A stretch of 63,614 bases of DNA, the filler included, from Collodictyon triciliatum (lineage: Eukaryota): the NCBI GenBank assembly GCA_043381765.1. It is 6 parts of 6 records of this genome, joined end to end, with 100 filler letters (N's around TTAATTAATTAA, not from the genome) between each part and the next. Parts side by side here need not be neighbours in the genome. Positions count along the whole stretch, not along the records: positions 1 to 12,004 come from JBHJMP010002259.1; 5 more parts are not named here. One strand, given 5' to 3'. The position numbers and the translations under genes are program-made. Numbering within the stretch: position 1 is the first letter of the stretch; each line of letters starts with the position of its first letter. Shown here one piece after another: positions 1 to 12,104 of the stretch. Below the pieces are notes generated by a model that saw nothing but the letters and a program-made list of their open reading frames with translations, was not told the origin of the DNA and made no database searches.

Positions 1-12
1 AAAAATAAAAAA

Positions 13-79
<67 letters not shown>

Positions 80-452
80 GGATAAACGACGTGAAGAAAA
101 CCTTCGGTAATTTCTAGATGCCTCCCAACTTAGTTTTGTAGATGTCTACAGAATTCAAGATTATAAACTGCGATGCAAATAGTGTGATATAGTATAGTTC
201 AAATTTTGCATTTGACTATATAAATGAGGGAGAGGGGGTATAATTATAGGCATAATGATGACATTTAGGAGCTTACAATAGAGACCCGAGAACCATATGT
301 GCGACCAGTGCTCATATCTTATTTTTGTATATTGTGGTGATGTTTGTCGGTCAAGAATTTTTGAATCGAAAAAAAATAATTTGTTAGAAAGGGATTGCCA
401 ACAAATTCACGCCACTTACAATTTATTATTATTTTTTTTTTTTTTTAAAAAA

Positions 453-1951
453 TCACCTAAACTTACACTCTAAATTGTGGCAGTCAACTTTTGCACTTGA
501 CGGACATCGAGGTAGCTCATAATGAGGGTCTTCTTTCACTTTTGGAGGAGATGGGGGTTTCGATAGATCCGGAGATAGTTCATTATGTTCCAAACCATCA
601 TCAGCATCCCAGCTCGAGATATCCAAGTCTTCTGTGACCACTCCAACTAATGGCCTAACCCGCACACAAGTGACATACTGTTGTATAATGTCGGTAAAAT
701 CTGAGACTTTTTCGCACTTAAATCCCTTCCCAATCCACCGACGTGCACCCATGACGTCCAAATCAAGTGCCTATAATTGTTCGTCAATAGACGGAAAATA
801 ATCAATTCACCAAAGAGACAAATCATCACGTGGTGGTATGATAAAAAAAACAAGCAACGAGGGTGATTTATACTCACTTGAGAATAATCTTGTAATGCAT
901 CTTGCTGAAAGCCCATATACTTGTAAGTGTCCCCTCTGATTATCCATGCAAACGCATCCTTTTCATTCAAGGCCAAAACTCTCGATGAATCATCCAAAGC
1001 TTCTTTGTAATTTTTCAGCTTGTGATGAAACATAGCCCGTAAGTTGAGAGCATCTGAGTGGGGCTCTACTTGGATAGCCATATCGTAGAAAGTCTGGGCT
1101 CGAATAATGTCACCTGGGCAAAGTACACTCTGTTCAATACTTTGGTGAGAGGTTGAGGTGAATGAGCTAAAAATATACCCAACTTTTCGGACGATATTGC
1201 TGCGTAAAGATATGACTTCATCTATTGAATTTAACATGCAATTTTAGAAAAATATATAAAAAAGAAAAAAAGAGGATATAAGGTTGCTTTCAACAATTAA
1301 ATATGCAAAATAACTAACCGATTTGCTGTTCAATTGTGCAGATAACTCAAAATCTGCGATAGCCTATCAGTATTAGTTACAGATGTTTCTCCATTTTAAA
1401 ACCATCATTTTTTTTTGCATTTACACGTTCATTAAGTCTGATGCAAAAATGCTACTTCTTTCCATCTTCGATTTATTAAGCTATGGTGTGAATATATAAT
1501 AAAATCTACACAAATACCATACTTTCTCATACTCCCCAACCCAGTCATACAGAACGCCTCTCTCGTAATAAACATCAGCCACCTAATGTAAATGTTTTGA
1601 AATAAATAGAGGCGCGGAGAGTATTCTGACAAACATCATCCAACGAATCGTTATAAAGCATTTGATCTATTGCTTTCGTGCATATTACGGCAAAGAGCCG
1701 TGCTCTGCAGACAAGAATAATGTTCATCAAAGAAAAAGGAGTCAAAAGATAAAAAAAAACAACAAAGGAATTATTGAATGTAAGCAAAGTATAGGATATT
1801 GCCACAAACAGACCTGCGCATCTTCAAGACTGGCCTGACCGGAAGAGACGCAGTTCTGCGCCCTCCAAAAGTACCTCAGAGCATCCTTTACGTTTCCGCT
1901 GTCTCTTAAAGAGACGGCCTTTTCCAAGCACTGGGAAACATCAATACTCAT
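453..1951 (-). CDS. TPR-repeat protein (multi-exon; 3' end uncertain, may extend to ~110)
   Basis: GT-AG spliced exons give TPR-like helices: VADVYYERGVLYDWVGEYEK|AIADFELSAQLN, ALNLRAMFHHKLKNYKEALDDSSRVLALN, AFAWIIRGDTYKYMGFQQDALQDYSQ|ALDLD. Confidence 0.75.
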
Positions 1952-2136
1952 GCGCCGTCCTGCATTGTGCGTGTTTGTTGAGCCTTTGAACAGTCGTGTT
2001 GGGAAAAAAAAAAAAGGCAAGTAAAACTGCACCCAGAGAACACGCTCGTGCGAGGGATTCTTGGTGACTTTCTCTCGCTGGCGAGTCCTGATTATTTGAG
2101 ATTCGCTGCGGTGGAGAGCGCGCTAAGGCAAAAAGT

Positions 2137-2167
2137 TTCCGATACCGGGAATCGAACCCGGGTTGCG
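2137..2167 (-). tRNA. 3' half of a tRNA gene, probably tRNA-Glu; the 5' half and anticodon are lost in the N gap
   Basis: Minus strand reads CGCAACCCGGGTTCGATTCCCGGTATCGGAA: T-arm with GTTCGA B-box, acceptor 3' strand TATCGGA, then a TTTTT Pol III terminator. Isotype is inferred only from the acceptor stem. Confidence 0.75.
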
Positions 2168-2757
2168 NNNNNNNNNNNNNNNNNNNNNNNNNNNNNNNNN
2201 NNNNNNNNNNNNNNNNNNNNNNNNNNNNNNNNNNNNNNNNNNNNNNNNNNNNNNNNNNNNNNNNNNNNNNNNNNNNNNNNNNNNNNNNNNNNNNNNNNNN
2301 NNNNNNNNNNNNNNNNNNNNNNNNNNNNNNNNNNNNNNNNNNNNNNNNNNNNNNNNNNNNNNNNNNNNNNNNNNNNNNNNNNNNNNNNNNNNNNNNNNNN
2401 NNNNNNNNNNNNNNNNNNNNNNNNNNNNNNNNNNNNNNNNNNNNNNNNNNNNNNNNNNNNNNNNNNNNNNNNNNNNNNNNNNNNNNNNNNNNNNNNNNNN
2501 NNNNNNNNNNNNNNNNNNNNNNNNNNNNNNNNNNNNNNNNNNNNNNNNNNNNNNNNNNNNNNNNNNNNNNTTGTCGGAGAATAATTCAGCCTTTCAAAAA
2601 TCAGTCTGGTATGACTTGCTCGCTAGCAATGATCGCATGCAAAACTGAATTGTTAGTATTAGGAGATTTCCAAAAGACAATCGAACAACACTTTTATTTT
2701 ATGTTTAAACACTTTCCCTCAATACTCTCTTTCTGATTTCCTCAGATAAAAGAGTAA

Positions 2758-4877
2758 ATGATAAGTCAACAAACCTTACGGATGAAGGAGCTGATAGATA
2801 TTGGTCCAGGATTTCAACCCAGCCATGGTCCAATCAAAGATTGCACAGAGCTAAGTATCAGCTTCGCAAAGCTGACTGCATTCCCTGGTGGGATATGCGA
2901 ACTATCGTTACTGATGCACCTCTCCCTCATTGGCAATAAGATTTCTTTTTTACCAACCGAAATATCAAAGCTAACAGCTCTCACTTTCCTTGATCTTTCG
3001 AGCAACGCCATATCTTCTTTACCGAATGAAATATCGGAGCTGCTCGGGCTGCAAGAAATGTACATATGCGAGAATGAGACTGTAATTTTTCATTTAAGCG
3101 AGACCATATCATATGTAAAGAAAAGGGCCTGCATTCCTATACAAAGCATGAATCTCAAGATAAATTAATTTTTTCTTTATAAAACTTTGACTGGCTAGAT
3201 CGAGTTGCTCCCACTAGGAATCACAGCACTTACAAACCTTAGGAGGCTTATTGTTGAAAATCAAGGCAAAATAAATGTTTACTGGGCTCCTAATCATGTA
3301 AAATGCCTTCCATGTTGGGACAATGACGAGAAACCATGGGGCGGGATGACAATATCGATATCTGAGGCTCTCAGAAGACTGAGGCTATATGATGTCCCTG
3401 TAATGTTTTAATACACAGCATTCTGCCACATATCATTGGGGTGATAATCAAGAAATACCACTCATTTTTTTAAATAGCCCCTAGAGATGAATAGTAGTGA
3501 TTGGGAGCCCACAGAGGAGCAGGTATCGAGCTGGAAGGGACTTAACTTTATGAACTGGAGCACACCATTCCTACCAAACAACTTCACTCAGTTGACTAAT
3601 CTTTGCTACGTGCATATGAGTCATAATAGGGTATAATCCTTGTTCAATATAGAAATCTATACATATTGAGAATCTACTGAATATATCACGTTTAGCTCCA
3701 GGAATTCCCTGTTTTAGTTTATTCGCTAACTTCGATTGAGTTCCTTAACCTTTCCGAGAATCATGTAAGTGAGAATGATATGTAAATTGTAATAAATACT
3801 TAGTTATAAAGAATAAAAATACAGATTTCTGCTCTTCCTGAGGCAATAACCAATTTATGTAACCTTAAGTTATTAACTGCGAATGCAAATAAGGTTGGTC
3901 TTACTTACCATACAAATTAAAAATAGTCAAAAGCTTTATATGTTTTCTATTCAAAATAAAGAGGGTGTGTGTGTGTGTGTGGGGGGGGGGGTTATGATTT
4001 ATGATTTAACAAATGCATTCATATAATTAAGGCCAAAAAACATTTTGCTCGCCAGATATCTGAAATACCAAATATGCGCACTATGACAAATCTGTGTGAG
4101 CTGAATCTTCGAGAAAATCAATTTCTTAAGCATGTTCAAGAGCTCCTTGATTCAATTAATCTGAAGAACAGAGAAATAGTATTTAAGAACATGAAAGTCG
4201 TAGACATACCACACGAACTCACGTCATTGCCGCCGATATTTAAAACATTAAACTTTACCGACAATATGGTATGTCATCAACAAAAATCTGAATGAACCAA
4301 TATTCCAATTTTAAGTCGATTTTCTTAACAATATATAGCTTTCTTTCATTCCAGCGTGGATAGCAGAAATCGATAATCTGTATGATTTCGATCTTGGCAG
4401 TAACAAGGTTTTTCATTTTTATAACCATTTTGATTTCATTTTTTACTACTATTTCATAACACTTTTTTTTACCATCAGTCATATTGTTATCTCTTTTATC
4501 CTTAAATTTTCCTTTTTCATGAATATTTTGAAAAATCTTTTTTCCCTCAAACACTCTATCAGTTCATTAAGTTTCCTGAAAATATCATTCGGATTATATC
4601 CCTTGAGCATCTGAGTTTATCACAGAATTTTGTAAGTACGGATATTATAATTTGGCAAGGAAATGATTCAATGAAGACATTGGAGATATTGAATACTTTA
4701 GTACTTACTCTGAGATATTCTAATATAAAAATGATCGCTAATATACTATTACCTCCAGATATCTCACATACCACATCAAATCTCAACACTCTCAAATTTA
4801 ATCAAATTTTCGATGGCATCCAATATGGTTCGAAAACAACATATACCTAATTCTGAGTTCATGCATGTATATACACT

Positions 4878-4936
<59 letters not shown>

Positions 4937-7900
4937 TTGGTTCATTTCTTACCATATAATAGTTAGAGGACTTCCCAGAATCCATTTGTCAAATTAAGTC
5001 GATGGAATTTCTTGATCTTTCATCCAATAGGGTAATTATATATCAGCATCACCTTAACATATTTTTATCAGTGAACATACATAGTGAACTAATACTGGAT
5101 TATGATATGACCAGATTTCAGAATTGCCACAGTCAATAACAAACTTATTAAATATCAAGACTTTGTTAATGGGCTCAAACAAGGTTTCACAGTGCTATCA
5201 ATTTAACCATAATCATAGAAATATTGTTTTCATAAGAAAGAGGCTTGCTTTATTGAACTCTATTATGCTTTCCAGATTTCCCGATTACCCAATATGCATC
5301 CTATGAAGAGATTGAAATCGATAGATTTCCGTCAGAATGAGTTCAGTGTTCCTCTTCAAGATTTCATCGACTCAGTAGACTTGATGAAAGATGATATTGA
5401 ATTTACTGGAAAAAAGTGCAGGGAGATACCGAGGGATTTAATGCTTCTGCCAATTAAACCTAGACAGATTTACTTACAAAATAATTTGGTGAGTTTTTTT
5501 TTTTACTTCAACTTTGTTTTAAATGGGGTTCTCTGACATTTGTTAATTTTTTTTTTTTTAAAAAAAAGCTTGAGGATTTTCCTTATTGGATGAGTGCCAT
5601 AACAACCATCAACATCCTGAATATCAGCAATAACAAGGTAAAATTTCACTTTTATGTATTTCAGTCTGAAAACTTATCACGGAATAAAAATAGATGAAAG
5701 AATTTCCTGAGGCAGTTTGTGAATTGGCGTTATTGGAGACATTAGATATATCAAGCAATCATATTTCCTACTTATCTCCTGGAATACAAAAGTTACAAAA
5801 TCTGTGCAAATTTATTTTATCAAAAAATCAGGTTTTTTTTTAATTCTTGCAATTCTCAATCCAATGTACACACTAAACCTATGGTAATATACGCATACTA
5901 GGTTTCTGATATACCATGCGAAATAGCCTCTCTATCACACATGAAGCTGCTTGACATTGGTTCAAATCAGGTATCTCTATTTTCTTCTTGATTGATTTTC
6001 CGAGAAAAGCATATTAACAAGAAGAAAAACGAGAGTTGCCAACTAAGATGTTTTTGATGTACATGTTATTCCAGTTTACTCAAATACCAGACCCTATTTA
6101 TGAGATGAACTGGCTAAGATTCCTGAATATATCGAATAACAAGGTAACAATTTCTTACTGGAAACTTATTTTTAAACGTTATAGACTAAACCACTTTTTT
6201 TTTTTTTAGTTTTGCTGCAGCTAATCGTCCTTTTCTTATCATTAGATAGAGGCAATATCAGGGAAAATTACCAGAATGACAGATCTGAAGGAATTACAAA
6301 TAGAATTCGGTGGATATACTTTTGTTAAAAGAGCTCCAAAAGACATCAAAAACTTACCCCTTTGGCACACTTCTAGAGTTAAATATATGACAACCAAGGA
6401 ACGGTCACAAAGCTTTTATAAAACAAATGTTGAAAAATATGAGCCGGAATTTTTAAGCCTTGAAACACCGGAAGAGCTGAAGAAGTTAGACTTTTATGAT
6501 AATAGCCTCGCTTGTGAGAAACTTGAACACGTATTACATTTGGTAGACTCATGGGATTCTTGTACCTCAATAGATTTTTCATGCAATATGGTACGTTATA
6601 TTCGTGTTCTTGCATTGTAGTTTGTAACATGCAGGTCAAAAAAAAATCATAATTGCGGGATTTATTTAGATAAAAGAGCTCCCAAATTCCATGACAAAAA
6701 TGAGCTTGCTCAAAAAAATATCTTTGAATAAAAACCAGGTTTTCAAAATACTCTATCCATATTTGTTTTACCCTTTAGTGTGTCCATACTTGATTTTTAA
6801 CACGTTCAATTTCAGTTATCAGAAATTCCGTCGTGCATATGCTGTCTGTTAATAATTGAATATGTCGATCTATCGTATAATAGGGTTTGATTTATTTTTA
6901 TTTTTATTTTTATTTTTATTTTTATTTTTAAAAACTGATTATACCCTTTGTAATTTTTCCATTAGATATCTGAGATACCAGATATGCGGCACCTGACAAA
7001 CCTTGAAGTTCTGCATCTACAGAATAATAAGTTTAACCACGCCAGCCAGAGTTTTCTTGACCTCATCGACCTCAAAAGAGAGCGAATTCTATTTTCGTCC
7101 AAAAATGTGACTGGTATACCAAGGGAGCTCTCATTTCTGCCACTAAAGGCTACCATGCATGACTTCTCGAGAAACAAAGTACATCACACATGTCATATAC
7201 CCAAAATCTTTTCAAGCTGGCCCAAAATGAGTTGGTTCTCATATCTATTTGTTCCCATAGATATCGGTGATACCCGAGTGGTTTTGCGAAATGAAATGGC
7301 TAGATTCTTGTGACATATCAAATAACCAGGTATCCAAAAAAATGATCAAGGTTTGATTCGGAATCATCTTGATTTACACCGGCATACTCACGATTTCTTT
7401 TACTTTCTACAGATATCACAGTTACCAGCTAATTTCGGTAATTTGTCCAATTTGAGAAGTCTGAAAATAAGCCATAACAAGGTATTTCAAAGGTTCATAT
7501 CATCCGTTGGAATAGCCGATGAATACTCATATATTTTTTTCCCTCCATGCAGTTAACTGAAATACCACTTTTCATAAGAGAAATGACGAAAATTGAATCA
7601 CTTGATTTCTCATACAACGAGGTTTTAAAAGCAATTCTTTCTTTTAATAAATCATTTTAATGAATTGCACCATTAGAAGAAATAAAGATGTTTCCAAATC
7701 GCTATGTTGATGTATTCGAGTCCACATTAATGCAAGTAAATAAAATGATAGATTTCATCCTTGCCTGACATGAGGAGTTTGATTTTTTTGAAATCATTTC
7801 ACATTCACCACAACCAATTCAACAACAATATCCAAGATTTTCTCGATATTACTGACATTAGTGGTGATAAGTTGGTGTATTCAGGGAGGCATATTATAGA

Positions 7901-10900
7901 AATCCCAAACGAACTATTTTTGATGCCATTTAATATTGAAACAGTTGATCTATCAAACAATAAAGTAAGTGTGCAGATGCGATGATCAATACCTCACGGT
8001 ACTTTTTTCAGACTATCCTTTTAACAAGTTTTATCTCTATTAGATAAGTGTAATACCTGAACGTCTGTGTGAAATGACAAGCATCGAGTGTCTTATCTTA
8101 TCAGACAACCAGGTAAATATTACATACACTATAAAGCATAAAATTCATTGTATAATTTTACGAACCTCTATAAAGGAAACTTTTTTTTTAAAAAAAACCA
8201 ATTTATTGGATTTACCCAAATTTAAAAGATAATAATACCATTTTCTTAGATTATTGGAATCCCTGAGAGTATAATCAGGTTAAAAAATCTTCAAACCCTG
8301 AGGTTATCAAACAACCAGGTATATTATTAGTCAATCTATTTAAAAAAATCGCTCTACAACTCACCTTTACCCCTTGCCTTGTCCATAATCTTTGGGCATT
8401 CATTTAGATTAGTCACATCCCATCATCTGTTGCTGGTATGGAGAAATTGGTACACGGTCTAGAAATTCAAGGAAACCCTATCAAAAATGTTCCGAGCACT
8501 GTTATTGACGAGGGTTCAGAGGCAATTATGCATTTCTTACTTGGAAATTTGCTAGGCTCCCAAAAGTGGACTCAAGGGAGGATACTTTTACTTGGAGAAG
8601 GAGAAGCAGGAAAAACTACACTTACTTTGTCTTTACTACAAAAATCTATTGTCTTCAAAAGCACCGTAAATGAAAGCAGAAGCAGAACTGATGGTATCGC
8701 TCCCGTTGAGATTGATGAGTTTGTTTTTGGAGGTTTCTTTGAAGAAAAGTTATCTCTTAAAGTTTGGGATTTTGGAGGACAAGAAGAGTTTCAGGTCACC
8801 CATCCATTCTTTTTATCATCTGGCGCACTTGTTTTGATATTGTACAGACTTGATCAAGGGAGAGAGAAAAATAATCTGGGTCGTTGGATTAAGATGTTGG
8901 ATGACTTTTCTCCTGGCTCAAAGGTGATAATAGTGGGAACTCACAAAGACAAGTCCATTTCGAAGTATGCGGATGAAATGAAGATAGAGATTGATGAAAT
9001 CAAGGAAAATAAAAAACATACATTCGTTAGCTGTGATTTGAAAATAAGCAATAAAAGCGGCCGCGGTGTTGCTGAGCTAAAGAAACAGATATACAGTGGA
9101 ATGTTGCAGCTAAATAATATGAACAAGGATGTCCCTAATTCTTACATCGCTCTTAAAAATTATGTTGAAGAAAGATCAAAAGAACAAAAATATGTTGCTA
9201 TTGACGAAATACACAATTTCGCTACTTCAACGTTAAAATTAAATCAAGGAATGTGCACATCAGCTCTGAAATTCCTCCACGATTTAGGCTCAATTGTTTG
9301 GTACTCTGAAGTTGAGAATTTAAGAGATTACGTATTTCTAGACCCTATTTTTCTTATTAACATATTTCGTTGCATATTCAGTTTCAAAGGAATAGGAGCA
9401 GAGTCAAATGGAATTCTACTATTATCAAGATTGAAAAAGAAAATCGACCAAGAATTCAAAATTACTGTTGATGATAGTGTATATGCTGTAATTATAAATA
9501 TATTTGACCATTTTGGGCTTGGTGTTCGATTTAACAAGGAATGCATAGCGTTTCCATCTTTGATGGAAGAGAATCACAGTACAAAAACAATATGGAATGA
9601 GACTCCTGAAACCTCATGTACATCAGAAATGTCGGTGACCTTAGTAAGTCTGAGTGAATTGCAGATCTCGGATAAAAGTAATATTATTGTCCAAGCATTG
9701 CGGTTCACACAGGGAACCCAACCTGGTGCAAAATACGAAAACCATTTTTTCCGTAATATATCTATAATTAATTTGACTATTGGTAGTTTTGATGATTTAC
9801 CTGGTTGTGACGGAGCAAGTATTGATGGGTTTAAACTTGTTCCAGGGGAGGACATGAGAGTCTTATTTGAAATATCAAAAAACATGATTAAGATTACTGT
9901 CAGAAAGTATGAAATTCCTGATGATAATAGCAAAATTAATTTATTCAATGTATTGCAACTATTAAAGAAAAAGATAGGCAATATAAGACCAAATTTCATT
10001 GAAAGGTGCCGCTTTGAATGTTATATATGCCGAAAACAAGGTCTTAATGGGTATGTACAAACACCTGTTGTATTTGACGAATCCAAAATAAAGAAATGCA
10101 CTATCGGGCATAAAATAAGCTTTCAAGAAATTAAAAGAGGTCGAAGCTACCACGAAGGTTTTTTCATCTTTGCAATACAAACAATCTGAAAATCAAAACA
10201 AATTCGTATATATTAAACCGATGAAAATTAGTTTCTATTATTATATATCATATCATTTTCTTTCAAAAGGAACACAGAGACGATTCGCTACTCAAACAAG
10301 AAAGAAGAGCGTATACCCACGACCAAGAATAGACAAGGTAATAGATATATCATTGATAGATAGGGAGTTGAAAGAAATTTGGGCCCGTGACCCCATCGAG
10401 CCTATGGAGTTTATTGGGAAGGGAGCCTTTGGTCGTGTCTACAAGACTATGCACCAAGGGATTAGCTTGGTGGTAAAAATCCAAACGATTCAACGCACTG
10501 ATGAAAATTCCATGGGACATGTTATCGAATCATTGATTATGGAGAGTAAATATCTCTACGAATGCAGGGAATGTCCAAACATTGTTAAACTGTTCCATGT
10601 GTATAGAAATGATGCTGAATTTTACATGGTAATGGAATATGCAGGAATAACTCTGAAAAAAATGATGGAAAATAACAGGGAAAGAAAGCTCTCTGTCCTA
10701 CAAGTCACATTGTTCTCCAAACAAATTTGTCAAGGCCTAATTTTCATGCACACAAAGAATCTCTACCACGAGGATTTGAAAGCCGACAACATCATGATTG
10801 CGAATGATACTGCAAAGTTAATAGACTTTGGAATAGTAAGTCGCAGGGGTCTAGAAAAGGTTGGATCAAATTTGCCTACAAGATTTGGGGAGTGGATGCA

Positions 10901-11828
10901 AGATGGAACGTCGAATTGGCAAGGACCTGAAATACATGATGTAGTCTGCAAACCTTTTTATGGTGAAGAATTTTATGGGATCGATGGATTTAACATAGGC
11001 CACCGTGGGGAGCCCAGTAATGTGTATGCCTTTGGCATGCTCATATGGTATATGTTTTCTGGAATAGAGCCATTCCTTCAGCACATTAGAGAAATCCCAT
11101 CAATCAGTGGTTCGAGGCCAAGTATCACAACTGATACGCCTCGAGATTTTCGGCACCTTATAAGGTCTTGTTGGAGGCAAAATTATAAGTTAAGACCTGA
11201 TTTACAAGCTATCTCGCTTTACCTTAATGAGATAGGACATCCCGATGCTCAAATTCCTCAAGAAGTCATGGACAGGATACTATGCATTCGTTACTCAAAT
11301 CTCTTGGATATGTATCGTGGAGAATTTGTAGAGTTTTTAAATGACCATGGTCTCCATAGGTTGAGCGAAAATATATCGTTTGAAAATTGGAACAGAGTTG
11401 TTGAAATTAAGGACCGATTGAATGAAATAGACATGGTGGACACTTATCACATAAACACAGAGGAAGCAGAGCAATTTGCAGCTTTATCAGAGGAGAAATT
11501 GGAACACTCCAATGAAAGTAGTATCAAGTGTTTCGTCAAAGATTTAAGTCACCAGCAACTAATGGACCATTTAAAAAAGAAGGAAAACTCAAAGAAACTG
11601 TCTGACAAAGTAAAAAACTTGAGACTCGATGGCAGTGCTCTGGCCAAAATTCAGACTCAAATGTTTTATTCAAATTACTCTATATCAAAGGAAGAAATAT
11701 CGAAGGCGTTGGTAATTATTCAAGAAAAGCTTAGCCAAGATAAAAATCCAACTGCAAACGACCCTATCCATCCATTTCTAGAAAGCAGCTCGGATGAACT
11801 CGTGCAACAAGTCCATACTGAGAATGAT
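2758..11828 (+). CDS. Roco protein: LRR array - Roc GTPase - COR - protein kinase - SAM-like domain (5' start uncertain; 3' likely continues off the scaffold)
   Basis: About 24 phase-0 GT-AG introns in the LRR region. Roc motifs GEGEAGKTT, SRTDG, WDFGGQEEF, GTHKD. COR-like ALKFLHDLGSIVWY...VFLDPIFL. Intron 10158-10269 joins the two large ORFs (HE-G-TQRR). Kinase motifs GKGAFG, VVK, HEDLKADN, DFG, GPE. Confidence 0.9.
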
Positions 11829-11896
11829 GTAATACAATCAACATTCTTTTTTTCCGGCAGATATAGGCAACATATTTGTATTTTTATCTGTGTCTG

Positions 11897-12004
11897 CGTC
11901 TATGTCTATGTCTATGTCTATGTCTATGTCTATGTCTATGTCTATGTCTATGTCTATGTCTATGTCTATGTCTATGTCTATGTCTATGTCTATGTCTATG
12001 TCTA
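11897..12004 (+). repeat. (GTCTAT)n microsatellite at scaffold end
   Basis: Perfect hexamer repeat running into the linker. Confidence 0.95.
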
Positions 12005-12104
12005 NNNNNNNNNNNNNNNNNNNNNNNNNNNNNNNNNNNNNNNNNNNNTTAATTAATTAANNNNNNNNNNNNNNNNNNNNNNNNNNNNNNNNNNNNNNNN
12101 NNNN
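12005..12104. other. Artificial scaffold linker 44N-TTAATTAATTAA-44N (same at 24099-24198, 36189-36288, 48273-48372, 60233-60332)
   Basis: Identical 100-nt spacer five times, carrying stops in all frames; flanking pieces are ~12 kb and of decreasing length. Confidence 0.97.

Noticed and set aside
7330-7339. Donor GTATCCAAAA resembling a U12 GT-AG intron
   Set aside because: It lacks the TT at +7/+8 and a clear CCTTAAC branch site, and sits in a series of ordinary LRR introns.
10158-10269. Overlapping ORFs 8438-10189 and 10170-12056 suggesting a programmed frameshift
   Set aside because: A canonical 112-nt phase-1 GT-AG intron joins them in frame.
12049-12060. TTAATTAATTAA palindrome recurring every ~12 kb
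   Set aside because: Always centred in 44N+44N, so it is an artificial concatenation linker. Gene neighbourhoods across linkers (for example STAT and the receptor kinase) are not real synteny.
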